From the NCBI RefSeq assembly GCF_004010195.1, contig NC_057711.1, positions 77,090,685 through 77,144,178 on the forward strand: a DNA stretch of 53,494 bases, written 5' to 3'. Made by a program: the position numbers and the translations under genes. The stretch is from Chiloscyllium plagiosum (lineage: Eukaryota). How positions within the stretch are numbered: the first letter of the stretch is position 1; the number at the start of each line of letters is the position of its first letter. Positions 34,274 to 46,720 of the stretch are shown here, piece after piece. A model generated the notes under the pieces. The model was not told the DNA's origin. It was given only the letters and a program-made list of their open reading frames with translations, and did not search any database.

Positions 34274-34552
34274 GACCAGCAGCCAGTTTCAGACATTACA
34301 TGCTAAACATACAGCATTCAGAGGCATACCAAGCTCAAATATTACTGCTACAGTATTAAAAGATTATTCCATGAACTCTTCTGCTAGTAACTCTTATGCT
34401 TCTCTATACATTTTTTCTCTCTCAACTCCACCACTGTGCTATTTTACAGAGTATGGATAAGTACTAGAACATTATTGCAAGTTAATTTCAAGATCCTAAA
34501 GCTCTCTCACAACATTCTCCCTCCCAGTTCACTGTTTATTCTTAAATCTCTC

Positions 34553-34768
34553 TCTGGTATATGGTAGCATAATGGTTATGCTGCTGATTTAGCAATCCAG
34601 AATCTGCATTTCAAATCTAACCACTGCTACTGGGGAATTAAATTCAATTAAACAAACATCAATAATCATAACCTCAAAATTACTAGACTGCTATAAACAA
34701 TCTGGTTTATTAATGTATTTTAGGAAGAAAATCCTTAACCAGTTGTATCTATATATGATTACAAACTC
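34553..34768 (+). mobile_element. Old tRNA-derived SINE (SacSINE1-like) 5' part
   Basis: TGGTAGCATAATGGTTATGCTGCTGATTTAGCAATCCAGA...TTCAAATCTAACCAC head, followed by the body CTGGTTTATTAATGTATTTTAGGAAGAAAATC. Confidence 0.65.
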
Positions 34769-34900
34769 GTTTCAGGCAAAAGCCCTTCATCAGGAATGCA
34801 TCATTCATTCCTGATAAAGGGCTTTTGCCCGAAACATCGATTTTCCTGCTCCGCGGATGCTGCCTGACCTGCTGTGCTTTTCCAGCAACACTAATCTAGA
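34769..34900. mobile_element. PLE pLTR mini-element with head-to-head hammerhead boxes
   Basis: GTTTCAGGCAAAAGCCCTTCATCAGGAATG-CATCATT-CATTCCTGATAAAGGGCTTTTGCCCGAAAC, followed by the pLTR body. Confidence 0.88.
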
Positions 34901-35114
34901 GAGTCATTCAGTTGTACTCTAGGCAGTACCTCACAATAAACTTCTCAAAAGAAACTTATGACAACCAATAATGTTGGCTTTGTTGCAAGGCCAGGTAGAG
35001 AAAGTATGCGTTCTTGTGCTTCTCCAGTTTCTGGGCCCCTAATCCTGCCTTTCCTTTTAACCCTCAGAATCTTTGTACAAGACCTTCCTGATGTGCTTTA
35101 TGTTCTATAGAATT

Positions 35115-35600
35115 AAGCAGCAACATTATAGAAGGTGGGAATTCAATCTATCAAGTCTGCAACAGTTTGCTGCAAGAGAAACCCAGTCAGTTCTATTATA
35201 TCTCTCCTCACTCATTTTTGCCTTTTCTTTTCATTCAAGTATTTATCCAATCTCCTTTTGAACTAATGTGGGCCTGAATCACAATATCAGGAAAGAGTAC
35301 ATTGCAAATCCTAACCAGTCCTCGTGCCAAAGCTTTTCCTCATGCTGCCTCTAGTTCTTTTGCCAATCAATGTTTTAAGTGAAATCTGGGTCATCTGATT
35401 GTTGATCCTTCTGCGATTGGAAACTATTTTATTTTTATTCTATTGAAGGCCTTTAGAATTATATACAACACCATCAAATTCCCTCTGGCATCTTGGCTCA
35501 GCAGAAATTAATCCCAATTTCACTATAGTCCTGGAGCCATTGTAGCAAATTCTTTCTCTAGTCTCTAGAAAGCGTTTACATCCTTTGGACGCTCAGAATT
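35115..35600 (-). mobile_element. Very old CR1-clade 3' fragment
   Basis: Decayed reverse-complement CR1 3' region (TTCAAGTATTTATCCAATCTCCTTTTGAA; TTCCTCATGCTGCCTCTAGTTCTTTTGCCAATC). Confidence 0.55.
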
Positions 35601-35608
35601 GGGGAGCG

Positions 35609-36261
35609 CTGCCATCACTTTAGAACTTAATGACAGGACAAAGGTAGCAGAGCCGTTAATTTTCTTAAATCAAATTTAAAATCTTACTTGTAAATAATTA
35701 ATTATTCACTTATTTCACTTTATTCATGTTCGTTGGTCATTTTTCTTTATTGAGACAAACTTAGCCACAGAGTTGGGTGTACTGGTACACCGGAGAACTG
35801 ATGTGATAGGGCAGGTGAGGCCTTTCCTTTATTGTGGAATGAACAATGTTGTGCCATTTTACTCATTCTTTAAAGAGTGGTCACACTGTTGTGCTGTGCT
35901 GTACTTGCCACTCTGTAAAGGTAAATAATCCCACAGGACTGCACTTTGATTCAACACAGACAACTGATAGTGGTTTAACCTGAGGGTCATCACGGCTCAG
36001 GCCAAGGGAGAGGTTGAGAAAGAGAGTTCTTCATGGTAATCTTAGCCAATGCAGGAATTGAACCCACACTGTTGACATTACTCTGTATTGCAAACTAGCC
36101 ATCCAGCCAAATCAGCTAACCAATTGGTGGAAAATAGGATTAGACTAGATAAATGGTTGATGACTAGTGTGGATCCAATGGCTGAAAGAGTTCTTTGTAT
36201 GTTGTAAAATATTATAACTCTTTGGTATACAAATTTATGATAAGTACTAATCTGTTAATAG
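35609..36261 (+). repeat. Local duplication copy 2
   Basis: Collinear with 33589-34273, offset ~2.0 kb; SINE at ~35915-36122. Confidence 0.85.
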
Positions 36262-38216
36262 TAGCTAAAATGGGGTTGAACAGTTTAAGTAGTTTCAGCA
36301 CAATGTTTTGCTCTTGTAAACTATATATTTATTTATAGAGACTATCAAAAAATGCAAATTTTAATATGATTCTCTTTATGACCACACCTTTGTCAGGCAA
36401 TTGCACACAACTTAGGTGTTCATATTATGTAAACAGTTCCATTGCTGTGAACCTGAATTTATGTCAATTGTTTTTCCTTTGAGGGCTCTTAAGATTTTCT
36501 TGAGGCTTTTTTGTTAATTTTCAGTGAGTACTGTTCTCACTAATTTCTTATATTAGGTGATGCAGTCATGTAGTAACAATGCCTTCAGTATTCACATTTA
36601 CATTTGGGGATACTGGACTCTCACAGATGCAGAAAGTTAAAATAATTTCTCAGTATCCTAAATAATTATCATTCCTTCATTAAATTTGCTGCTCATAGAA
36701 TTGTTAGTTAACCTATCTGCAGGAAATGTGGTAGGTGAACAGCCTGTTAGAGGAACAGGACAAAGACAAAATTTTGAATGGAGCAGAAGTTCCTCACAGA
36801 CTTGGGATCTCAAGTACAGGGGTGACCCGGCTGCAATTGGTCACGTGAGCTACTGTGCTGTCCAATCCCAAGTCCGCCTGAAGGCATGGACCCAGTAATT
36901 ATCATTGTAGCACTCCCCTCTCCTGGGTTCTGCATGTCAGTGATTAAATTGAGAGGAGGACCATGTTAATAAAGTTCTTTCTCCGACCTTGTTAAACAAT
37001 TCAGGAATAAAACTTATCAAACTGATTTCCTCCATCCACCATATTAGCAAACTCTACGAAAACCTTCAGCATCTAACATAAATGTGACATTTTACTGTTT
37101 GAATTGATATTTACTGTCCTTCATCAAACTATTTCAAACACATTCCAAATTAAATCTTTCAAAATTATTGCAGAAGAATTTTCACACAAATGTGACTAAC
37201 TTGCACATTAACTCATCCATTAAAGTGTGAAGTGCCAAATATTCAGTTAAAATCAGAGACTGAAAGGATCAAGGTTAAATGAGATTTTGTGTATGAGGCT
37301 TGTGCTACATGAATGTCACAGTGGAGTACATTGAAAAAAACTATATTGACCTGCATACCTTAACATTGGCATGAGCTAAACAAAATAACTGATTTTTAGC
37401 TAAAAAAATCCCCAAAAAACTATAATAAAACTCAACAATTACACACTGCAAGGCAAAAGACAAAAATGTGAATCAACACAAACTCCTGATTTGCATTATG
37501 TCCCTGGGTCAATGCTAAGAGTTCTGGGGAGAAGTGAGGGGAACAAAAAGCCTGCACAGGATCCTAAAGGCGATCCTGTAGCAACTTAACACTGAAAGCA
37601 ACTCAAAGCCCCCTTCCTCAGAGAACATCCCACCTTAGATGGCCATTAATTGGCCTTTGAGGGATGAAATAGGTCCAAAGGTGAACAGGCTGCCTGTACC
37701 CTGTACAACTTCAAACAATTTGGGAAAAGACAAGTAGGTAGCAGGAAGGCCAACCATGTGATTTTACATGATGCCCTCAACTTCAAATTCACATGTGAGG
37801 AAGCACAAAAGTTAGTCTAATATCTATACAGCTGCAAATCTAAGAATCAATTTTGGAAAACCTATTGCTATAAATCAAATGGCAGTCAGTGGACTGAATT
37901 GTTTACAAGCTCGTTGACCTGCTACCAGAGTCAAAAGTGGAATCCTGGGCAGTATTTTCTTGTAGTGGTCAGTTAAGAGGCCACCACTATAGCCTTCAAT
38001 GTTTTGAGGGTGAAAGCCCAGGTCCAAGCGCTGCCAGCTCAGTACTGCAATCTTGACCACTAAGGTAGGCAGTAAAGGATGGCATCTCTCTGTTGAATGT
38101 CTCAAAGACCATTTAATTACTGTAACAAAGCTAGCAGGGCAGAACCTAGCAATCAGGAGTCGTGCACCATTTAGCCGTAACTACAGGATTAGGGGAGAGG
38201 TTTAGCCAATGTGCAG

Positions 38217-38265
38217 AATGGGGTACCCTTCTGGATCATAAAGTGACCAAGAAGGGTACCCCATT
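38217..38265. repeat. Perfect 16-bp inverted repeat (hairpin)
   Basis: AATGGGGTACCCTTCT (38217-38232) / AGAAGGGTACCCCATT (38250-38265). Confidence 0.9.
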
Positions 38266-38529
38266 GCCCTGCTCAGAAAGGCAAGATTGAAAGGCAAGAG
38301 ATCATTCAGCTGAGCAGAGACTAAATTTCACAACAGCTGTGAAGCAATGCTACAGCTCCAATATCAATTCATGTAGTTCTCTGTTAATGTAATTCGAAAA
38401 ACAACTTGAGACCGGGACATGGCTCACTTCCAACAGAACGTGACAGATTTGAGTGGCACACTACTTGCTTCCACTCTCCCCTGTACTTTCCTCCTTCTGT
38501 TTCTTCAAAATGCAAATCTGATTTTTCTT

Positions 38530-38855
38530 AATTCAGTTGCGTTACGTAGGCGCTGCTGGCTGTCCAGCACTTATTGCCTGTCCCTAGGTGCCGTTAAACT
38601 GAGTGACTTTTTCAGCCATTTCAGAAGGCAGTTGCAAGTCAACCACATTGCTGTGGGTCTGGTATCACATGTAGGTCTGACCAGATGAGGATGGCAGATT
38701 TCCTTCCCTGAAGAACGTGAGTGAGCCAGATGGGTTTTTCCAGAACTGGCAGTGGTTTCATGGTAACCAATAGCTCCTTAATTCCAGATTTAAAAAAAAA
38801 AATTAATTCACATTCTACCATCTGTCACTGCTGAATTAAAATCCACGTCCCCGAT
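38530..38855 (-). mobile_element. tRNA-derived SINE with L2-like tail (SacSINE1-like)
   Basis: Minus strand AAAAACCCATCTGGCTCACTCACGTTCTTCAGGGAAGGAAATCTGCCATCCTCATCTGGTCAGACCTACATGTGATACCAGACCCACAGCAATGTGGTTGACT...GGCAATAAGTGCTGG. Confidence 0.85.
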
Positions 38856-41800
38856 GCAATCTATGTAGAGAATATGATGCTTACTGTATCATTTGGGATT
38901 TAGTAAGAATATATAGAACACCTGTCCTATATATTTAGCTTTGCTATGGATATCAAAGGAGCCAAAGTTTTACATCACCTTATGGGTTACGCAGACATCC
39001 ATTATATGACCAATTGCACAGATGAAGATATTGGTTAAAAAAAAATACAACTTTTTTGATTAAATCCTTCAGGTACACTGTTGGCTACCTGCAATGCTAC
39101 ACCTTGACAAATTGCCACAATTCATCATTCACACTTCTTCTGGGCAGAATCCCTATCCTTCACTGATCCTGAGCAATGAAAAACTGCTGTTGACAGGTTC
39201 AAATGCATTTCAACCAAACGCAGTTGAACGCATATTGTATCCATCTTTAAAGGATTTTTTAGTATTTCCATTAGTGACACTTCAACATATTGGCCATGTC
39301 TAACAGTGTACTCTTTTAAAAACAAGTTTACATATTGTTATTATTTTTGCCTACCTCCAATAAACAGTCATTTAAAACTGAATGAACAAAGTGCCCTTTA
39401 ATAAGCAATAACAATAATGAAGTCAGTGTCATTCAAAACGGCAATACTCAGCAGCTAACATTTTAGAAGCATTTCAATCTGCAATACCTTACTAGTATTT
39501 TACACAGAACGCTTAATTATGGAGCAGATTACATATTTCAATATCAGTTTAAATGAATCTGGTCTGACTTTAAATATCCTATTGAGCAACATTTTTTTGT
39601 ACATAAAAAAGCATCGCATCAAAATATCAAATAAGTTCTGAAGGATGCACAATCCCTATCAATTCATCTTTTATTTATAACTGTAATGTAATGTGGTTTT
39701 CTGTATACATATTACAATGCAATCGGTTCAAATAAAAGTTTGGCTCGACAAAGGCCACCACATGCAGTTTTATCTATAAAGAATGATAAATCTGACCTCT
39801 GCCACTTGATACTCACTGTTTGATGCATTTGGTTAAAGAATGTCATTGGTTTTGCTTTCTTCTGAACAGAAGAAGAAGATTAAATCTCAGCTGGTGTTAC
39901 ATGCCAAAAAGTCCAGAATATTCATTTCTCAGTGGTAAACCATACAGATGATTTTCTTTCCACTCTGACTACATGCTAGGCTGGAAGATTTGATCTGGAT
40001 ATCAGCTACATGAGAATGAAGTTAACAGGGCAGCTACAGGGTAATCAAGTTTATGTAGAAAGCCTCGAGGTAAAGCAGTGTACAAACATCAAAGTCGCAA
40101 AGCTTCTCATGGCACTTAAATACAACTGTCACTGAGCACCTCTGTTTCTGAGATCTCTATTTCCAGAGGCCATGCACAATCGCAATGACTTAGACATATC
40201 CTTTGGCAGAACTCAGCCAGCAACATAGATGTTGACTATTGCTAGCAAACAAGGAAAAATTGGTCACAAATCAATTTCCTTTTAAATTTGTAACATTAAT
40301 GAATGACATTAGGGATGCCACAAAGTACAATATTTCTATTTCAAGTGAAATATTATGTGAATTCTCTAGCCTTGCTAGTGCAACGAGTTGGAGGACTACA
40401 AACTCTGAATGCCTCAAAGAAAAATGTTGCACCTTAACTTATCCTTGTTTCTAACAATTATGTATGGCCGTGCAGTCTTTATCCAAGACAGGAAATAATC
40501 CAGCATCAGCTATCGACCAAGCTTTTATAGCTTAAATTCAAAAGTCACAGGTTAGATACACGTTCCATAGCATGAGCATACTCACCACTAGCTAGTGTCA
40601 GAAATCCTTTCTGCACCATATAAATGATTTGAAGTTTCTCTTAATCTTTGCTGTAATCTAACTGAAAGCATGATTCAATCTGACCAGAGCACTTCTCAAC
40701 TTCTGTAATACAGCTTTCAATTAATAAATAATTAGTCAGAGTTGTTTTTCATTATGATGATGCAAGTGCATAAAAGGTCATTTCTGGCATCAGTAAACCA
40801 TTCTGCTTAACACCTCCATTGTAGATCCAGTCAAAGTATTGACAATCATCTCCAGGGTCCAAATTTTACTAATTCCAACAGTATCTACACATCTATAAAT
40901 ATATTGCTGGGAGCAGGGGTATTTGTGCCTCACTGTTCCACGTAAATTGAATTGTTAATACCATCAGGCAAAGAAAAAGTTAATAATATAAATAGCAGAA
41001 AACTTTCCACAGAAAATAGCAAATTTATTCACGGATCCAGAATACAAATCAAGCTGGGAACCCATCATGGGTCCAACGTCTACTGTAGGCAAACCAATGC
41101 ACCTTCATTCTCATGGCAGTGATTGCTCAATGGATATTAGAGATAGGGTCAAGGAACTTCACAACTAGTGCTTCCGCGATACAGCAGGAATGCCCCTCTA
41201 GAAAGTAAAGGTCAACTCCAGTTGATTTTATTTGTTTGATTATACTAAATGCTTTTGTATCTTTTCTATTTTAAATATATTTATATAAAAAGGTATTGTT
41301 GTGCTTAAAACAAAGCTCAGATTGCAGTTACTTCTAACTTGCAATGAGTTTAATGGCATCACCAGACATGAATTTAATCAGACAAAGTAGTTGTCCAAGT
41401 ACCTGTGAAGAAAGTGACCATGTTCACAATCTAGTGAACTCCCCCCAAGATGCGATCAATTTTAACTGTTGAAATCTGTTGAACAAATTGATAGCTACAT
41501 AAAAGAACACCATCTGGATTTTCATACGCAGAATTTGTGCAAAAATGATTAGGCTATCAACACTCACCATTCTTAAAGAGTAAATCAGGCAGCAACATCC
41601 ATCAACAACACATGCCTAGTTAAATGTGGGAATCAGGAAGTTCCTATCCAAGTTGGCTAGCTTCTCCAGAACTTTTTTCTTCACCAGTATCTTACTCAAA
41701 TGCTATCTATGGAAATGCATGAAGTTATTGGACTAAACATTCACGAAAATTATCAAACATTACAGCTTGCCTATTTTAATTCAAACATATAAAGACTGGA

Positions 41801-44259
41801 TGAAGGCCAAGTACCACCAATGGCTGACACTGCTCATCTGCAAAATCCAAGCAATGAAACCAGTACATAAAACAACACCGTGTGGAATGAAGAGAGAGAA
41901 GTACAATCAATTTCATTTACGGCAGAAAATTAATCACTGATTATATCAGCGTATAGGCAAATACAGTAATTTTTTTTACGTTTGCCATTTTAGTAAGACA
42001 ATCTTATATTAACATTCACAAAATACTTCTAAAAACTAAAAGTACTGATGAACTTTTTAAACATAAGAGTAACATTAAAATAATTCTCAAATACTGATGC
42101 TTCTAATACATAAAAGCAGATATCAACAGTTACCAATGACATACAAGTAGCCTGTTCAATTGAAATGTTCTCCTGTACATCAATTTGCAATGTGCGAAGA
42201 TTAACAAGTCACTTAATGTTCGTTTATTATTGAATAAGTAGGAAAATGCACATTCAATAATGCAAATTCCATGACTAGCACTGTAAGGGTTAATGAGTAG
42301 CTGATAAAATGTAAAGAAATAAATTCCTGCTGATACAACATCTGTACAACACTAGGCATGAAATAAATTATGGCAAAAAAAAAGACATCATCAAATCCCA
42401 GTGAAAGTATTAGAGCACACTCTTGACAGTATGCGAGATAAATAAAACTTCCATAACTTTTAGATAGACAAACGCATTAGTCTCACAGTCAATGGAACGC
42501 CCACAGCAGCTTATGAGCTAATGTCATGTCATTTAGCTGTCTGATGATGTTCAATTCAAAGGAAACAAATAACCTACTGATAATAATGGCATTGCAAAAT
42601 CAACTATGATGAGCAAAACTTTCAATTTCACATTACCTGTCCTTAGAAAATCTTATAGTGAGCACATATAAAAAAAGTTCATGGGTCTGAAACAGAGTAT
42701 TTTCCTCTTGAGTATATCCCACTGGGACATTTTAAGACCATTTTGGTTAAAAATGCATCCAGTTCAAATTGAGCATGCAGTCAGTATGATGCTGGGTCTT
42801 CCATATGGTGGAAATGTAACAAAATAACTTAAAAGGTAAAGGAAAAACAAGTGTGTTTTTTTGAACAGAATCAAATTTGAAAAAAATCCACACAACTAAC
42901 ATATGGGAAGATACTTTTTTCAAATAGCATTAATTTGCTTTCTGAATGACAATGTAACAAACTCCTGTAATTGAGGAATAGTGTTTATGAAGCAATGTGT
43001 TCACACTTTTAAAGAGTAAAGGCAAAATACTAAATCCCTTAAAAGGAAGGAATACAGGTCTAAATTTTTTAACTCTTCTTTACTCAAAAATGCTTCGATT
43101 TTAATTTATGGAGCACTCATACTGAATAACAATCTAATATGCATCATGTCAATTGTAAGAAAAAGTAATTTCTATAATATAGGAACAGAATGTTTATGAG
43201 TGCAAATATACAGATTTGTGAATATTGGTTTAGGATCTGCACACTTAAAATAAAATGCAACATTACATGTTAAATAAAAAGTAAAAGTAAAGCTTTTGTT
43301 TTAAAATTGTTCCACATTCTCACAAGGTTTGTTCAATACCTGCATTGACATATTATTAATTACTTGCTGTAGCTCCAATACCATTGCAAATTAATGATAA
43401 TTAAACTGGAAGGGCACTTCCATTTGAAACATCTAAATAATTCCTCTTTCATTTTAAAAGAATTATTTTTCATGATGTCAAATGCTACCAGAATTAGTCT
43501 CACACTGCCATAGTACACTTAAGATTAATTGGAACTGATTGATTTAGCATAAAGTGTTCCCTGTTACTGAGTGCATATTATATCTGCTAACATTTATTTC
43601 CAACCACAATTAAAAAATCATAAATAAATATATACATAATGTAAATGACATCCATGAAACAAATTCATTTCAACCCATTTAAGCACATTAGTAGCACACT
43701 ATGTGGCTTTAAGATTTGGGTTGAGAGAGGACCCCTTGGTGATTTATTTAATATTAATCTCTAATGGCCTCCCCTCGGCTATGCAGTACATCACCAAAGG
43801 TCCAGAGTATATAAAAATGAGTGGCTAGATTCTTTATAGCAGGGACATGTCTTTGGCAGATTTGCAGTGAGTCTTGTCAGGGATAAGAGTCACCTTTTGG
43901 GTATGCGTCTTTTAGTAGCTCCAAGAATGAATTACTATAATGTCCTTATTCATTTGGCTGTATATACTGCACAATAAAGCAGGGCAAAATATATTAGTAC
44001 TTAATGTACTGAAATATAAATACTTCTGTTAAGTTGCACATATTTCTAATTTCATAAATATTTTGTAAATGTGATTATTTGAAAAAAATATCTAATTGAG
44101 TTGTACAATTATATACAATTGTAAAATATGTTTAAGTAAAATCAAGTAGAATAAGAATCTATTATAACCTTATAATTTAAATAATGAATAATTGCCCAAG
44201 GTGACAAGTTACTAACAAATTAATTTTATTGAATTATTTGTGTGCAAAATGGCATTTCA

Positions 44260-44620
44260 GTCAGAGTCATACAGTACAGAAGAGACTCTTCAGCCCGTCA
44301 AGTCTACACCAACAAAACCCTGTTATGTTTTTGCACTAATCCCACTCTCCAGTACTTTGCTCATAGTTTTGAATGTTATGATATTTGAAATGTGCATCCA
44401 CATACCTTTAAAAAGCTGAGATTTCTGGCCTCTCCCTCTCTCCCAGAGAGTGCATTCCAGATTCCCACCACTCCGGGTTAAAAGCTTTTTTCCCCAAAAT
44501 CACCATTAGATATGCTTTTCACAGTACAATTGTGTCCCCTCGTTGCTGACCCTTCAATGAAGGGAATAGCTGCTTCGTAACTACCCTGTCCATACCCCAG
44601 AATCTTATACAACTCAATTA
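44260..44620 (-). mobile_element. Old CR1 LINE 3' end
   Basis: AGAGTCATACAGTACAGAAGAGACTCTTCAGCCC tail and TGCATTCCAGATTCCCACCACTC. Confidence 0.8.
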
Positions 44621-45974
44621 TTGTTTAGTACTAGATCACTTTATTTCACAATTTTCAAGAACAATAATTCTAAGAAGTCAGGAACAAAACATTACATTTA
44701 TTCTATCTTTTACATGCAAGCATTTTTAGATATTCTTATTCTGTAACCTTAGACAATATTAGGTTATCAAAAACACCTCAATTCCCCAAGATTGCTTTTA
44801 AAAAGACCTTAATTTATAAACTAAAGTTTTACGTCATGTCATTTTTTTTTTCCGAATCATTGTTACAATATATCAACAATAGAAATGTTCAGAAAGTGAA
44901 GGCAGATGAAAAGAACAAACCTTATGATTCTACTAGCCAAGTTAACGTGTTGAGAATTATTCCAAAAAGTTGAGCAAAATTTAACAATTCTGATAAATAT
45001 GCAAATTTATATTGTGAATTAATTAATATTGTAAATAAATAGCAGCTTCTTTAATTACGTAGTTATCTCGAACATCAATGTGTTCACGTTGCAAAAGAAC
45101 CAACAGAAGGAAGACTGCATAAGAATTGTATTTTGACAGAAATATTTTCAATATCCTTAATAACAGTCCTTGCATAATTTTAAATTATTTAACTAGTGTC
45201 CTGGGGTAAAACAAGAAAATTGCCATAGGATGCCAGTAACCTCAATGTAATATGAAAGAGACAATGGATTGATATTTTCAGTTCAGCATCTCTCTTTCCT
45301 TTCTGGACTCTACTTACACAAATACAAATATCTAAATTCAACACTAACTGTCATCTGAATAATTACAAAAAAAAAGCAGTGCCTTTATTCAAAACTAGGT
45401 ATTTTCTTAGAGTAAGAGAAAGATACAAATTAATTTCAATATCAGAAATATTTGAAAAAAAATTCTGAAATAGGAAGGCAGTCCACCCTTGATCAAAATC
45501 TGTGGCTTTAGTTCAGTTGTTATTTGTCCAGAAAGTTGTGGGTTTAAGGACAATTACAGGATTTGAACAAGAGATTTCAGCTCTTACTAGGCTTGGTTTT
45601 GTCCAGATAATGTATTTTTTGCTTCATGTGTAATTATTTTAGGATTTGTGCCAAATTTTGCTTCCAGTAGAAATAAAAAAAAACATTTCACAAAGTCTTA
45701 TTGTAAATTTATTGTAAACCTGGAGTCAATACCCGTTTTTACACAGGAATCAAACTGCAGCTGTTTTCCTCAGTGAACCTTCAAACCTAAGCTGCAGGCA
45801 CACACTATAATAGCATTGTTACAAAGTGAAACTACATTTTTAAAACAAAAATCTCAGTTATGGTGTAACTATTGTCTCAGATTCATGTAATTGTTTTAGT
45901 TTAAAACCAATATGTGTATTGTTAGTATAGTTACTAAAACTACAAAAAAAGACCTTTAATAAAGTTTTCCTCCG

Positions 45975-46720
45975 GTAGACAAGCAGGACGCTGGAAAAAA
46001 CACACAGCAAGCTAGGCAACATCAGGAGGTGCAGAAGTCAATGTTTCAGGTGTAACCGTTCTTCAGGACTGCAGGTGAGTGTAGAAGAAGCTATGGATAA
46101 AGGGGGTGGCGGGGGCAGGATGGTGAAGTAGAGATAGGTGAAGACAGTAGAGGTTTGTTGTTGAAACTTTATTGCTGGAACAGCACAGCAGGTCAGGCAG
46201 CATCCAGGGAACAGGAGATTCGACGTTTCGGGCACAGGCCCTTCTTGAAGGGCCTGTGCCCGAAACGTCGAATCTCCTGTTCCCTGGATGCTGCCTGACC
46301 TGCTGTGCTGTTCCAGCAATAAAGTTTCAACTTTGATCTCCAGCATCTGCAGACCTCACTTTCTCCTCGAAGACAGTAGAGGTTACAACGTGGTTGGTCA
46401 ATGGGTAGAAATGTATCTGGTTGGTGACGGGGAGCAGTGGAAGGGAGTTGAGAGTGGTTGGAAAGGGAGATTATTTGAAATTGGAGAACTCAAATGTTGA
46501 GTCCTCCGGGCTGTTGAGGCTTCCCAGGCAGAAGATGAGGTGTTGTTCCTCCAATTTGCAGTTAGGTTCATTGTGGCAACGGAGGAGACCAAGGATAGTC
46601 ATGTCGGAAAGGGAATGGGAAGGGGAATTAAAATGGGCGGTGACTGGGAGGTCCCTGTGGGCCCAGTTAAAATGCTCAGCAAACCGTTCCTTAAGTTTGT
46701 TCTCCCCGATGTAGAGAAGA
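45975..46720 (-). mobile_element. Penelope-like element 3' part (GIY-YIG C-terminus, pLTR with hammerhead)
   Basis: Minus frames ..KLEEQHLIFCLGSL..GGLNI..SNFK; AGTC-CTGAAGA-ACGGTTACACCT-GAAACATT-GACT at ~46036-46070. Confidence 0.85.
46156..46368. mobile_element. Very young palindromic PLE pLTR mini-element with 16-bp TSD
   Basis: Perfect 85-bp arms 46160-46244 / 46247-46331 with a 2-nt spacer; GAAGACAGTAGAGGTT at 46140-46155 and 46369-46384. Confidence 0.96.
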
